This document shows, one piece after another, positions 24,377 through 35,306 of a stretch of DNA of 64,000 bases. A program made the position numbers and the translations under genes. Source of the stretch: Octopus vulgaris (lineage: Eukaryota); the NCBI GenBank assembly GCA_951406725.2, contig OX597832.1:2542001-2606000 (forward strand). Reading direction: 5' to 3'. Numbering within the stretch: position 1 is the first letter of the stretch; each line of letters opens with the position of its first letter. The notes below the pieces were generated by a model. That model did not search any database, was not told the DNA's origin, and saw only the letters and a list, made by a program, of their open reading frames with translations.

Positions 24377-24804
24377 TGTTGCTCAATCACTCAACTATGA
24401 CTCCACTACATCCTATAGCAGAAACAGCTGTAAGCTAATGAAGTTCATAAGGTAATTGTTTATTCCTCTGCCATCTTTGTGTGTGTTTGTGGGTATTGAA
24501 TATAACATAATTAACTTGTGTCTGGATTTGCACTGCACTGAGGACTACCAAGAAATGGGAAATAGTGCTGTTTGTGGTTACCAAGGCTACAAGAAAAACA
24601 AAAAAATTAAGGGTTTTATTTTGTAAAAAAAAAAAAAGAATCGAAAGATGTCTAAGTTAAGAATTAAATATGCAGGATCTTGAAACTTGTCTGAGAAGAT
24701 ATTCTCTCTCCCTTGATGATATAATTTGCAGCAATGGCAAACCATGCATGTGTGTGTGTGGTTCAAGATTATACAAAAAGACAGAGACAGGTAAGGGAAC
24801 AACA

Positions 24805-25640
24805 ACCAAAGTGTTTTAGTTTGATGTTCAGGAAAAATGGAAGAAATCTTTGACATTTCAAGCTTATGCTCTTCTACAGAAAGGAATGAGGAGAGGAAAA
24901 ACATAGGGAAAAAAAATATGTTTGGATCAATGGTTGCACTTGTTGAATTGCCCGGGAGGATGGAAGTGGTCAAAGACATACAGATATATATATGCATACA
25001 CACACACACACACATACAAATATACACTTACATATGTGTGTGTGTATACTGTGTTGGTTAACAAGGTGACCAATGTTCTTGTGGAAGGAGGGAGATCTCT
25101 ACAATTATTCAAGCAAACCTCTTGTAAATGTTGGTACATGTTTTCATTTTGGTTCTCTTCTCCAAAATGGTGATGAGTACCATTTCCAAATGGCTCACTT
25201 GAATAATTGTAGATGTCTCTCCGCATGAAACCATTGGTCGCCTTGTTAATCCATGAATAAAGAATATTTATCCATTAATATGATGTTGAGCACTTATTCT
25301 TACTGTTCAATACGAGCATCCATATATGTTTATGTATATGTGTGTGTGTATACACACATTCATATGTATATATACGTGTGTACATTCGTATATTTAAGAT
25401 TAAACTAATTGATTGGTAATTTCCCTTTTTCTCTGTGTGTTGTAAGTAAGGCATGTCTCTGTGGTTATAAAATTGACCACTTCCATCCTCCCGGTCAAGT
25501 CAACAAATGCAACCATTGATCCAAACATTTTTTTTCTCCTCATCTGTTTTCTCTCCTCCTTCCTTTCTGTAGAAGAACATAGGCTTGAAATGTCACTGAT
25601 TTCTTCCATTTTTCCTGAACATCAAACTAAAACACTTGAT
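24805..25640. repeat. Diverged inverted pair of a ~170-bp repeat (24805-24973 and 25473-25638)
   Basis: The arms are reverse complements, also visible as the similar spurious ORFs 24837+ and 25400-. A second inner inverted pair lies at about 25055-25110 and 25200-25255. Confidence 0.7.
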
Positions 25641-26198
25641 TCTTTTCTTTGGTTAGCATCACCAATGCTGCTGCACAATCCATATTTGAAATAATGATTA
25701 GTATTTGTAACAACAACTAGTGAATAGCCAATACACTACAACTGAGTGCCTATCTACGAGAAGTCAAAGTTAGCAGTTAATTCAATGATGTAATTAAGTT
25801 TACTGACATTGTTAATACTTTTGATGAAGGCATGAATATTCGTTTTCTTTACCCTCAAATCTAAGATAAAATGGCCTAGAAGATAAGTTTTGGGACTTGA
25901 TGGTTATGGGTCATAATTTCAAATCTGCTGCTGGTTGTTTTCGCTCATCTAGGTAAGAATAATAAGTAATAGGTTTTTCTAGAAAATCCTGTTACCTGCA
26001 ATAGACAATTTTATCCAAAGATTGATATGTCTCCTATCAGAGTGCCAGTATGGAAATCAAGGTTCAGCATCACTTCCTTTATAAATCCTTGGATACTTGA
26101 GAAAGTTATGTTTTTAATTATAAATATGAACACTTGTGTCTGTATAAGAAATATTTCCATTTAATAAAACTTATCTTTCCTTTATTTATTTTTTTCAG

Positions 26199-26269
26199 CT
26201 CGAGTTCATGTAAACTATGAAGTGAAAAATGATGTTGCAGTTGTCAAGATGAACTCTCCAGATTCAAAG
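26199..26269 (+). CDS. HADHA: HADHA exon 3
   Basis: TTTCAG|...AAG|GTGACT, 71 nt, reading ARVHVNYEVKNDVAVVKMNSPDSK. Compare human [23 protein letters not shown]. Confidence 0.96.
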
Positions 26270-28093
26270 GTGACTATGAAGTAGTAGTAGTAGTAATAGT
26301 CATCGACATCATTGCTGCTGCCACCGCCGCAGCAACAGCAATAATAATAATAATAGTTTCAAACTTTGCACAAGGCTAACAAGTTCAGGGGAAGGGTGTA
26401 AGCTGATTACATCAACCCCAGTATTCAACTGGTACTTATTTTATCAACCCCAAAAAGATGAAAGGCAAAGTCAACTTTGGTGGAATTTGAACTCAGAACA
26501 TAAAGGTGCACAAAATACCGCTAAGCATTTTGTCTGGCATGCTAACAATTCTGCCAGATTGTTGCCTTAATAATAATAATAATCCTTTCTACTAAAGGCA
26601 CAAGGCCTGAAATATGGGGTGCCCAGTGTGCTAACAATTCTGCCAGCTCACTGTGTTGTTGTTAATCAATAGAACACTGAAATAATTAAGTCTCATCTAG
26701 GAAGTACCACACATTATTAAGGATTATTTAACCATGTATATTTTATGGTCTTGTGCAATCTACAGTCCCTGAAATAATATTTCAAGGGCTGTAAATTGGC
26801 AAAATTAGTAGAATGCATACAAAATACTTTCTGTGATATAGTACTGGCACTTAATGTTGTGAGCTCAAATCCTGCCAAAATATACTTTGCCTTTCATTTT
26901 TTTGTTTTTTAATTATTGAAATAAAGCATCACAAAACATGGCCTTGTGTTCATGCTAGAAACCCTATATATTACACTGTATCAAAACTTAATTTTTTTCT
27001 GTTTTTGATTAGTAAGTGTTATTTCCTATTTACTTCTATCTAGAAATCAAAGGAAATGACTACTATTCCCTTCATACTTTACTTTTGTGACTTGGACATC
27101 AAGTTTTGAGACTGAATTATTTTCCACTACATTTCAGAAAGATTCAGTGTTGGGTTGCTGAAGCATAAATATCATTATATCAAATGTCTGGTTCAATGCC
27201 AGATTTGCTTGTCAGTTGCTTGACCGCAACCACTTGAGCATGCCCCTTAGTGGCTGACAATATGTGCATCTCTGATCATGAGCAGTAGTAGTGGAGGAGT
27301 ATCATAGCCATGTGTTGAGAGGGATTCTTCAGGGTTTGAATAAATGTAATAAAAGCAAAATTTGAAGGAAATATCAGCCATTTTTCATACTTTATAGGGG
27401 TAAGCAAGTAGGAAATAATAGTTGCTATCCAAGGACAAGAATCATGTTGCACAGTGTTATTATTTCATACATTTGTACCATCTGTAATAATATAAATGGA
27501 AAAGATCTGTATTTAGTTTGGTGCTTCACATTTCTAAGTTTTAATCAGGCTTATTTTATTGACTTCAGAGGAATAAAAAGAATGGTGAGATTCAAAGTTA
27601 CAAAATTACATGCATAATTACCATTTTTGAAAGTGCTAAAGGAAGACACGTAATCATTGTTTGTGTCTCCTGCACACGTCAACATTCTTTCTTATATTTT
27701 CTACAACATTCAGTCAGAATCTTGCACACTGATAGATATACACTTACAATTTGGTGTAGACACCCACTTACAAGCATGCACTGATGTATATATTTACATA
27801 AAAATACAGCCCCCTACTTAAATGTGGTTGTTCTGTTAGAACAAACTATACTGCAGTAGTTACTTTGAAAGAATCCATCATATTTGCTTTTGGTGTAAAA
27901 TGCACTCTTGTTCATTAATACTGTCTCTCACTAATTTTTATATTTTTATAAAACTATAGATACATGCATTCATACATATTGATATAGTTTTAGTATATAA
28001 AGCAAATGTAAAATTTGTCTGTTGTTTATTTTGTCTTGTCTTTCTTTGGTCATGATAGCATTCAACTTTGTACATATGCTGTATATATTGTAG

Positions 28094-28227
28094 GTAAATA
28101 CTTTATCAAAGCCTCTACAACGTGAGATTGTAGGAATCATGGAGGAAATCTGGAGCAATGATCAAATTAAAAGTGTTGTTCTAATGTCTGGGAAACCTGG
28201 CTGTTTCTTGGCTGGGGCTGATATTGG
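28094..28227 (+). CDS. HADHA: HADHA exon 4 (enoyl-CoA hydratase domain)
   Basis: TAG|...GG|GTAAG, 134 nt, reading [44 protein letters not shown]. Contains the crotonase AGAD motif. Confidence 0.97.
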
Positions 28228-28439
28228 GTAAGCTACTTTCATGTTAAATTTATATAGATTTCACTTGTTTACAGAAATTTATATTGTCTTCAATGGCTGG
28301 TCTCATTAAAAATAGATTAGTCAATGGTAAAAAAAATTAAAACGTAAACAAAATAACTAATAGCACATATCTTTTATTTTTTTTGCTTGTTTCATTCATT
28401 GTCATGAAGTATTTAAATCTGTAGCAAGTATGCTTGTTT

Positions 28440-28958
28440 ACGCTTAAATAGGCCCATTTTCACTCCTACACTGGTTTTCTGGAATCGAAACATCAAACCT
28501 TGCTACTAACTCACACATAGTTTGAGATGTACCTACTTCGCCTACAGTTTCCAGCTCATCATTATCCACCTTGGTCTCAGGTCTACCACAGGGATGATTT
28601 TCAAGAGTAAAGTCTCCAGACCAGAACTTCTCAAACCATTGACATACAGTGTGCTCGTTCACCACATCTTTGCCAAACATCTAATTGCTGTTTTGAGCTG
28701 TCTGGGATGCATTGGTTCCACGACGGAACTCATATTCATAAACAACATGAATTTTTGATCTGTCCATGGGTTCACAAAAATTGATTTACAAGAGAAAACT
28801 CACAATATAATCAAACACTGTGAACGGCATTTCAAAAAGTGATGATGTAACTCTTCAATGTTGTAAATCAAAGAATTGTCAAGATAAAATATTAGAGTTA
28901 ATGACTGTCAAACTTGGGGCATAAGAAAATTGGACACTTCATTCTTAATGACCTGATA
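28440..28958 (-). mobile_element. Mariner 5' fragment
   Basis: ORF 28444..28680 FGKDVVNEHTVCQWFEKFWSGDFTLENHPCGRP is a mariner HTH region. Confidence 0.75.
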
Positions 28959-29039
28959 GAAGAATATACCTATACATGCACTAGAACACTTGTATGCATA
29001 TGGATTTATATATATTTGCTTTTATGTGTGTGTTTGTAG

Positions 29040-29450
29040 ACCTTAAAATGAACTGCATGAAAACAAAATATATGCCATTTGAAAACACAGCACAAAACCA
29101 AATAGAGATAGGAAGCATTGACATCAAGGAAGTAAAGGAATACATATACTTGGGACAGAGTAAATATATGCTGAGACATGGATGCTGAATCCTTGAGAAA
29201 CATAAGGGCAGGATGGAAGGCATTTACCTTCATAAAAGAGTACTCAAAGTAAAGCTGAATAAGACTCTACATACCAGTCTCTTCAGTAATACCATTCTAC
29301 CTGCTCTCTTCTACGTAAATGAGACATGGGCTACTACAAAGTTGGAAGAATATAGATCAGTTACAATGCAAAGGGCCAGGGAAAGGACCATGCTTGTAAT
29401 ATCATTGTGAAAGCATATTAGAAATAAAGTAATTCAAGAGTGGAGTGAAG
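29040..29450 (+). mobile_element. Old RTE-type LINE C-terminal fragment (different family)
   Basis: Remnants EVKEYIYLGQ and ILPALFYVNETWATTK...QRARERTML. Confidence 0.7.
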
Positions 29451-29660
29451 TGTTTTTGATTTATATATCAAGATGACAGCTTGTTAGTCTTTACCATCTG
29501 CAAATAAAGACATTGCTGAATACAAGTCATTTGGAAATCTAATTATGGTTGAGTTATTTGTAGGAGGAGCAGTTACAAGGGAATATAAGTTCAGAGGATC
29601 ATTGTCCTTCATCAGCCTAGAGTAGCAGACACCGGTCGGCTGGTGATATTTGTCTTGACT

Positions 29661-29705
29661 TCTAGGCCGATGAAGGACAATGATCCTGAAACACGTGTCC
29701 CTAGA
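29661..29705 (+). ncRNA. Minimal type I hammerhead ribozyme, copy 1 (core variant CCGAUGA)
   Basis: Stem I TCTAGG/CCTAGA, core CCGATGA, stem II AGGA-caatga-TCCT, GAAA, palindromic stem III ACACGTGT, GUC triplet. Predicted cleavage after 29699. Confidence 0.75.
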
Positions 29706-30025
29706 TGCAGCTTTGGCGGCTGGGGGTGTTTGTCTCCCCTTCGTAAATGTATATAAGGACACAGGGAAAAATGCGTCAAAGCCATCAGGAGGCGTTCGAT
29801 GCTTCCTAGGGCTATACAGCGGTGGTGTACCCCCCTACTGTCACGTTCGTGTTAGATTGACAGTATACAACCATTCTATCGCCCCACCACCGTACATGTC
29901 TCTATGAGAGATTTAGAAATTCAGTATTTCTTATTTTGATAATCAGTGAATAGACTTCACTGAATTATAGATATATACAATTACGAAGTCGAGACAAATA
30001 TCACCAGCCGACCGGTGTCTGCTAC

Positions 30026-30070
30026 TCTAGGCCGATGAAGGACAATGATCCTGAAACACGTGTCCCTAGA
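30026..30070 (+). ncRNA. Minimal type I hammerhead ribozyme, copy 2
   Basis: Identical motif 365 bp downstream, inside a ~220-bp direct repeat (29661-29879 and 30026-30244). Predicted cleavage after 30064. Confidence 0.75.
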
Positions 30071-30244
30071 TGCAGCTTCGGCGGCCGGGGGTGTTTGTCT
30101 CCCCTTCGTAAATGTATATAAGGACACAGGGAAAAATGTGTCAAAGCCATCAGGAGGCGTTCGATGCTTCCTAGGGCTATACAGCGGTGGTGTACCCCCC
30201 TACTGTCACGTTCGTGTTAGATTGACAGTATACAACCATTCTAT

Positions 30245-31228
30245 ATATATATAATTTCTTTATTGGTGAATTAAGGCTACCATTGGTTTCATGGAAAGAA
30301 AAGTAGGAAAATATTCTCGTGTCTTGACAATTTTTCAAGCCGATCACGTGGAGAAAGGTGTTCACCTCCATTTTGGAAAATAGCCTTGCTTGGTTCACGG
30401 AATTTCTCATAATTTCATCTAAATAACACATTGAATCAAGGGAGGTTACTCTTGAGTGTTAGCTTTTGGACATTTGTTTCCCTTGGATTTATCTTTTGGT
30501 TTTTTTTTTTTCTGATTAATTTGCATAATTTGTTTTTGTTCTGGGCATGGTGTTCTTGTATGTTCAGGTAATTCATCATTGGGGCATATTTCTTCTTTGT
30601 GATGTTATCTGTTGATTGTAGTATAATGTTTAATTTTTCAGTAATACAGGGTTCACATATTCAAGATAATAGTAAATTTTGTATTATTGAAAAATTCAAC
30701 ATCATACAATCAACAGATAACATCTTAATTATTGGGGATGAAACCTTCTCTCCCTGCATACACAAGCAATATTTTACACTCAAATATTTAAAAAAAAAAG
30801 AGCTCCTATAAACGTGGGTAACCCTAACAGGATAGCCCCTTTCTTAAACGTAAACGCACATAGCATACAAAGAAGAACTATGCCTCAGTGACGAACTACC
30901 TCAACATGCAAGAACACGATGCTCTGAACAAAAACAAATAACGCAAAATAATGCAAACAAATTAATCACAAAAAAACATTTTATAAAAAGACATCCAAAG
31001 AAGACAAACATATAAAAGATGCCACTCAAGAGTAATGTCCCTTGATTCATTGTTTTATTTATGCGAGATTACAAGAAATCCTGTGAACGAAGTGATACTG
31101 TTTTCAAAATGGAAGCGAACACCTTTCTCTACGTGGTCAGCTTGAAAAGACACGAGGATATTTTTCCTACTTTTTTTTTACCATGAAACCAATGGTAGCC
31201 TTTATTCACAAATAAAGAAATTATATAT
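30245..31228 (+). mobile_element. Penelope-like element 3' remnant with inverted terminal repeats
   Basis: About 300-bp inverted arms (about 30245-30560 and 30920-31228). They flank a peptide remnant SKFCIIEKFNIIQSTDNILIIGDETFSPCIHKQYFTLKY that resembles the C-terminus of PLE GIY-YIG endonucleases. Confidence 0.6.
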
Positions 31229-31324
31229 CCACCAATGCAGCGTTGAGCACTCATTTCATCGTTTGACATTTACATATATATACTGTATTATCTTACGGTT
31301 AACATGGCTTCCTTATCAGAACTC

Positions 31325-31359
<35 letters not shown>

Positions 31360-31372
<13 letters not shown>

Positions 31373-33060
31373 GACAAGTTGTCTGTGTTGTGTGAACCAC
31401 TTCTACTCCTACAATTTTCAACTGAATTTCACCAAATTTGGCATGTGTTCTCTCTTTGATTTAGGACGATTTTTCTCTCAATTTGCCTAAGATTTGAACC
31501 CACCATGTCTATGAAACAGTATGTGTTTGATCTCATATTAAAAGGCAAGTTGTCTGTCTGTCTGTGTGTGTGTGTGTTGTGTGAACCACTTCTACTCCTA
31601 CAATTTTCAAACAAATTTCACCAAATTTGACATGTGTGCTCTCTTGACTTAGGATGCTTTTTCTTATAATTTTTTCCTAGAATTTCTGCACCCCTAACAT
31701 AAATAGACTACTCTCAATTCGCCAAGGATTTGGCTTGAGCCAGCAAAAAAAATGTGACACACGTCCAGCTGGAAAAAATCATTACTTTACTTTGTCAGCT
31801 ATGGCGAGCTCTTATCGACTGCTTGCACAGTACTGCCAGCAGTATTCATTTGCGAGTTACAATTTGCCTCTGTTTTCACGTGAGGGCTCTTTTTCATATA
31901 ATTATTCCAACTTTAACTAGCCACTTCAAAACTCTTACCCAAAATTAAAAATCCTTAATTCAGTCTGTTTGATTAACATTTTTGCCAACTACATTTTACT
32001 AGTTTTTGGGTGCTACACATTCACTGCTTTTTCCTTATGACTTTTTCTATTGCATAAACTGATAAGTCTCCACCCTGCCTTGATGAAAAAGATCCAATAT
32101 AGGTTAGCAAACAAATGCTGCAAAGAAAAGTAAACGTATGCATGCAAATGAATCTGCCAGGAGGAACTCTCTCAATGCACTTAGGATGGCTTCAGCGTGA
32201 AGAAGGGAAAGTAAAGAGCAGCATTGTGATCAGTTAGCATGTATTGCTGCATAACAAGCCACCCAGAGCAACGAGCAATGTTCAGCACGCCGAACAAGAA
32301 ATGCTTTCTCTACTGCATGAGCTTCAGAGACTGCAGCACAACACACAGGTCAACTTACAAGAGATGCTTCCTCAACTGCTGCTGCACAAGCTGCTGAGAC
32401 TGCAGCACAGCATGCAGTTTGACTTTCAAGAGATGCTTCCTCAACTGCTGCTGTGTGAGCTGCAGTGCAATGTGAAGTTCAACTTACAAGAGATGCTGCT
32501 GCACATGCTACGGAGACTACAGGGGAAAGACAATAATGACTGGAGGCTACAACTCAGCGAAGGTCTGCACAACGTTCATACTCAAAGCCATGCTCCTCAC
32601 GTTGGTCAATGACAGTATTCAACTATGATCCTACAATTGACTACAGTTGTTCAAATAGGCTGCATGTCCACAATCTGACAATTTTGTGGAGCTAAAAAGT
32701 GGCCTGGAGAAACTCGCGGCATGTGCTGCTCTAATGGTAGGATTACAGTACTTCTTCTACAAGATCTTCCACCCCTTTTGACTGATTTTTTGACAGGGGC
32801 GTCTCCTTATTCTCATGACTTTCTTAAGTGGATACGTGCCTACAACTGCGCATTCCAAATGACTTCCTTCGGCGCTAAATCATACGAGATGAGCAATTTT
32901 GCCTTCCTTTAAAGTGCAGGGTCAGATTTACCATAGAACTGATTCCTGCAGCCGCATGACACTGCCTCACATCAGTTTCTTCAGCTCTACTTCATGAGAG
33001 ACTACGTTGACCATGCATACTTAAGAAACAGTCCCTGGCATCGCCGGGTACACCTACTAG
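31360..33060 (+). mobile_element. Internally deleted Helitron
   Basis: RepHel N-terminal remnant FCGAKKWPGETRGMCCSNG...IRAYNCAFQMTSFGAK...FKVQGQIYHR. 3' hairpin CCCTGGCATCGCCGGG followed by CTAG at 33057-33060. Confidence 0.85.
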
Positions 33061-33455
33061 TCTTATATCAAAAGGCAAGTTGTCTGCGTGTTGTGTGAAC
33101 CACTTCTACTCCTACAATTTTCAACCGAATTTCACCAAATTTGACATGTGTGCTCTCTTTGACTTAGGACATGTTTTATAATTTTTTCCTTGAAATTCCG
33201 TGCCCTGAACATAAATAGACTATTCACAATTTACCTAGGATTTGAACCCACCATGTCTATGCAACATTATATGTACAATTTTTGGCACTTCTTTAGAAGC
33301 GCACGTCTCCAAGAAAATGACGCCTAATTTCTAAAAAAATTATGAAAATAGGAAATATATCCAAAATAAACAAAGTATGCAAAAAATTACAAAGATTCAT
33401 CTATTTTTAAATATTTTATACTAAAAAATAAAACACGGAAAACGGGCACTCGCTA
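33061..33455 (+). mobile_element. Short non-autonomous Helitron
   Basis: Begins TCTTATATCAAAAGGCAAGTTGTCTG, the same 5' end as at 31360 and 31531, directly after the previous CTAG. Decayed 3' end. Confidence 0.65.
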
Positions 33456-33467
33456 ATATAAACAAAC

Positions 33468-34690
33468 TAACAGCATAGCCTGGCGTTGCCTGGGTATGTA
33501 AGAAACTTTGTCGATAAGCAATGCCCTTTACTTTTTTACCCTTTTTTGTACTCATTGAACTGTTATTTTGTAAAATGAAGCCTAAAAGGCATTTAGGCAT
33601 TGTTCCCTTGCATGCATGAAGAAAATCTATGACAGTCAAAGTGCATTTTCTGGTTTTGTTTAGCACACCCAACCCAGTTCTGTGGGATCAGTGTCACAAC
33701 GGGAATGCATGGGTTGGGAGTTTGACCGGCAGCGGTAATAAGGTTGCACATGCTGGCCCTTTTGACCCCCCCCCCCAACCCAAGTTGGGTTCGGACCACA
33801 GCTAAGCGCTACCTAATCCTAACTTAAGTCTAGCGAAAGGGGGCTCAGGAGCCTCTAGTAGGCAACGACTAATCCCGATCTAGTCCTTTCCCTCTAGGGA
33901 ACGAAGGCGCATGTGTGCCTGAAATCCGCCAACTATTTAACAAAAGTCAGTTTTGTAGGGTTCGCATGGTCGGTCTCAAAGTGATATGGTTTTGTCGATT
34001 TCTCCCAATACTTGTTAACTGCATTGACAAAAGGTCGTTAGTTTGACATTTAATGCAAACTTGATGTCCAACATCGGTGTAGGGAAAATCTATGTGAACT
34101 TTCAAAAATATCGCAGAAAAATCGGTTTGCTATGTGTGCCACATATGATGTAATTAACCGATTTTTTCCAGTAATAACGTATCCTATTGGAATCAAAAGG
34201 GCCATATAGCTCCTTGGAGCAGACATGATGCTCGCTGTGAATTTCAAAAAAAAAAATTCCTGCCAATTTGTTAAAGATATTGTCGAAAATATGTCATCTT
34301 GAATTTGAACGCGATTTCCCAAAATGGCATGATTTCATCGATTTTTTCTGATGGTAAGGTATTGCATGGAAAACTAACGTCAGAATTAAGTTCCTTAGGG
34401 TAACATTAAGCTTCACCATGAGTTTGGTGAAAATCGATTGCAAGTTGCGAAAACTACAACGGAAAATGTGTTGCATACGATAAGCTTAGATTCTCGACCC
34501 CATGTCGAATCTATCAATTTTTTCAGAACTGGGGGAACTTTTTAAAATTTTCGCTGCGTTAGTTTTGAATTATGACATTGGGCTATGTGTGTGTCAAGTT
34601 TCATCAGAATCGGTTGAAAGCCATGGTCAGGGTGAGGGTACAACCTGACAAACACACAGACAGACAGGCAAACTGCCTTTTATATATAGA
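33468..34690 (-). mobile_element. Non-autonomous Helitron
   Basis: The - strand starts TCTATATATAAAAGGCAGTTTGCCTGTCTGTCTG and ends with hairpin CCCAGGCAACGCCAGG plus a CTAG-like TTAG. Confidence 0.7.
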
Positions 34691-35306
34691 GATGCGAGAC
34701 GATACAAGGGGCAGTAACTTGTATCAGATATTATTAATGATACGAGGGGCCCGACAATAATGTTTGCAAATTCTTGATGGTTTTTAATCAGATGTTTTAC
34801 TGTGCACACTGGTTAGGGTTAGTGTAGCACACACTGCTACCACATTACAGCTATTCGCAAATAACTGTTCAGTGGTAGCAGGACTTTCTAGAAATACCAG
34901 CCAAATCGGTTAATGTTTACAAATATAAAGATGAGTATGTGTGTCTGTCTATCTGTGTGAATCCCTACAACTCAAGAACTACCCAACTGATTTGATTCAA
35001 ATTTTACATATGTCTTACTTACACATGTCATGGACCAAAAAAATTTCAACTTCTTGCCTAATGCGAGCCCAGAGCAATCTTTTATTTCTTATACCGTTTC
35101 AGTGTTACGTGTCAGAAGTGAAACAATAACATCTCTCTATTGTTATGTGAGATACTTTCAGTTTTATAGTTTTGCCATTATTACTAAAAGTATTAAAGTG
35201 AAACTATTATCTCACATACATACATGCATGCATGCATACATACATACATGCATGCATATATATTTATGTATTATGTACATATATATATATTGTGTCTGTA
35301 TGTATA

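Noticed and set aside
29680-30254. Duplicated 70-75-aa ORFs (MILKHVSLDAA...)
   Set aside because: They are by-products of the ribozyme-bearing direct repeat and have no recognisable domain or splice support.
32244-32612. Leu/Gln-rich repetitive ORF
   Set aside because: It is an off-frame reading of the repetitive N-terminal region of a Helitron RepHel remnant.
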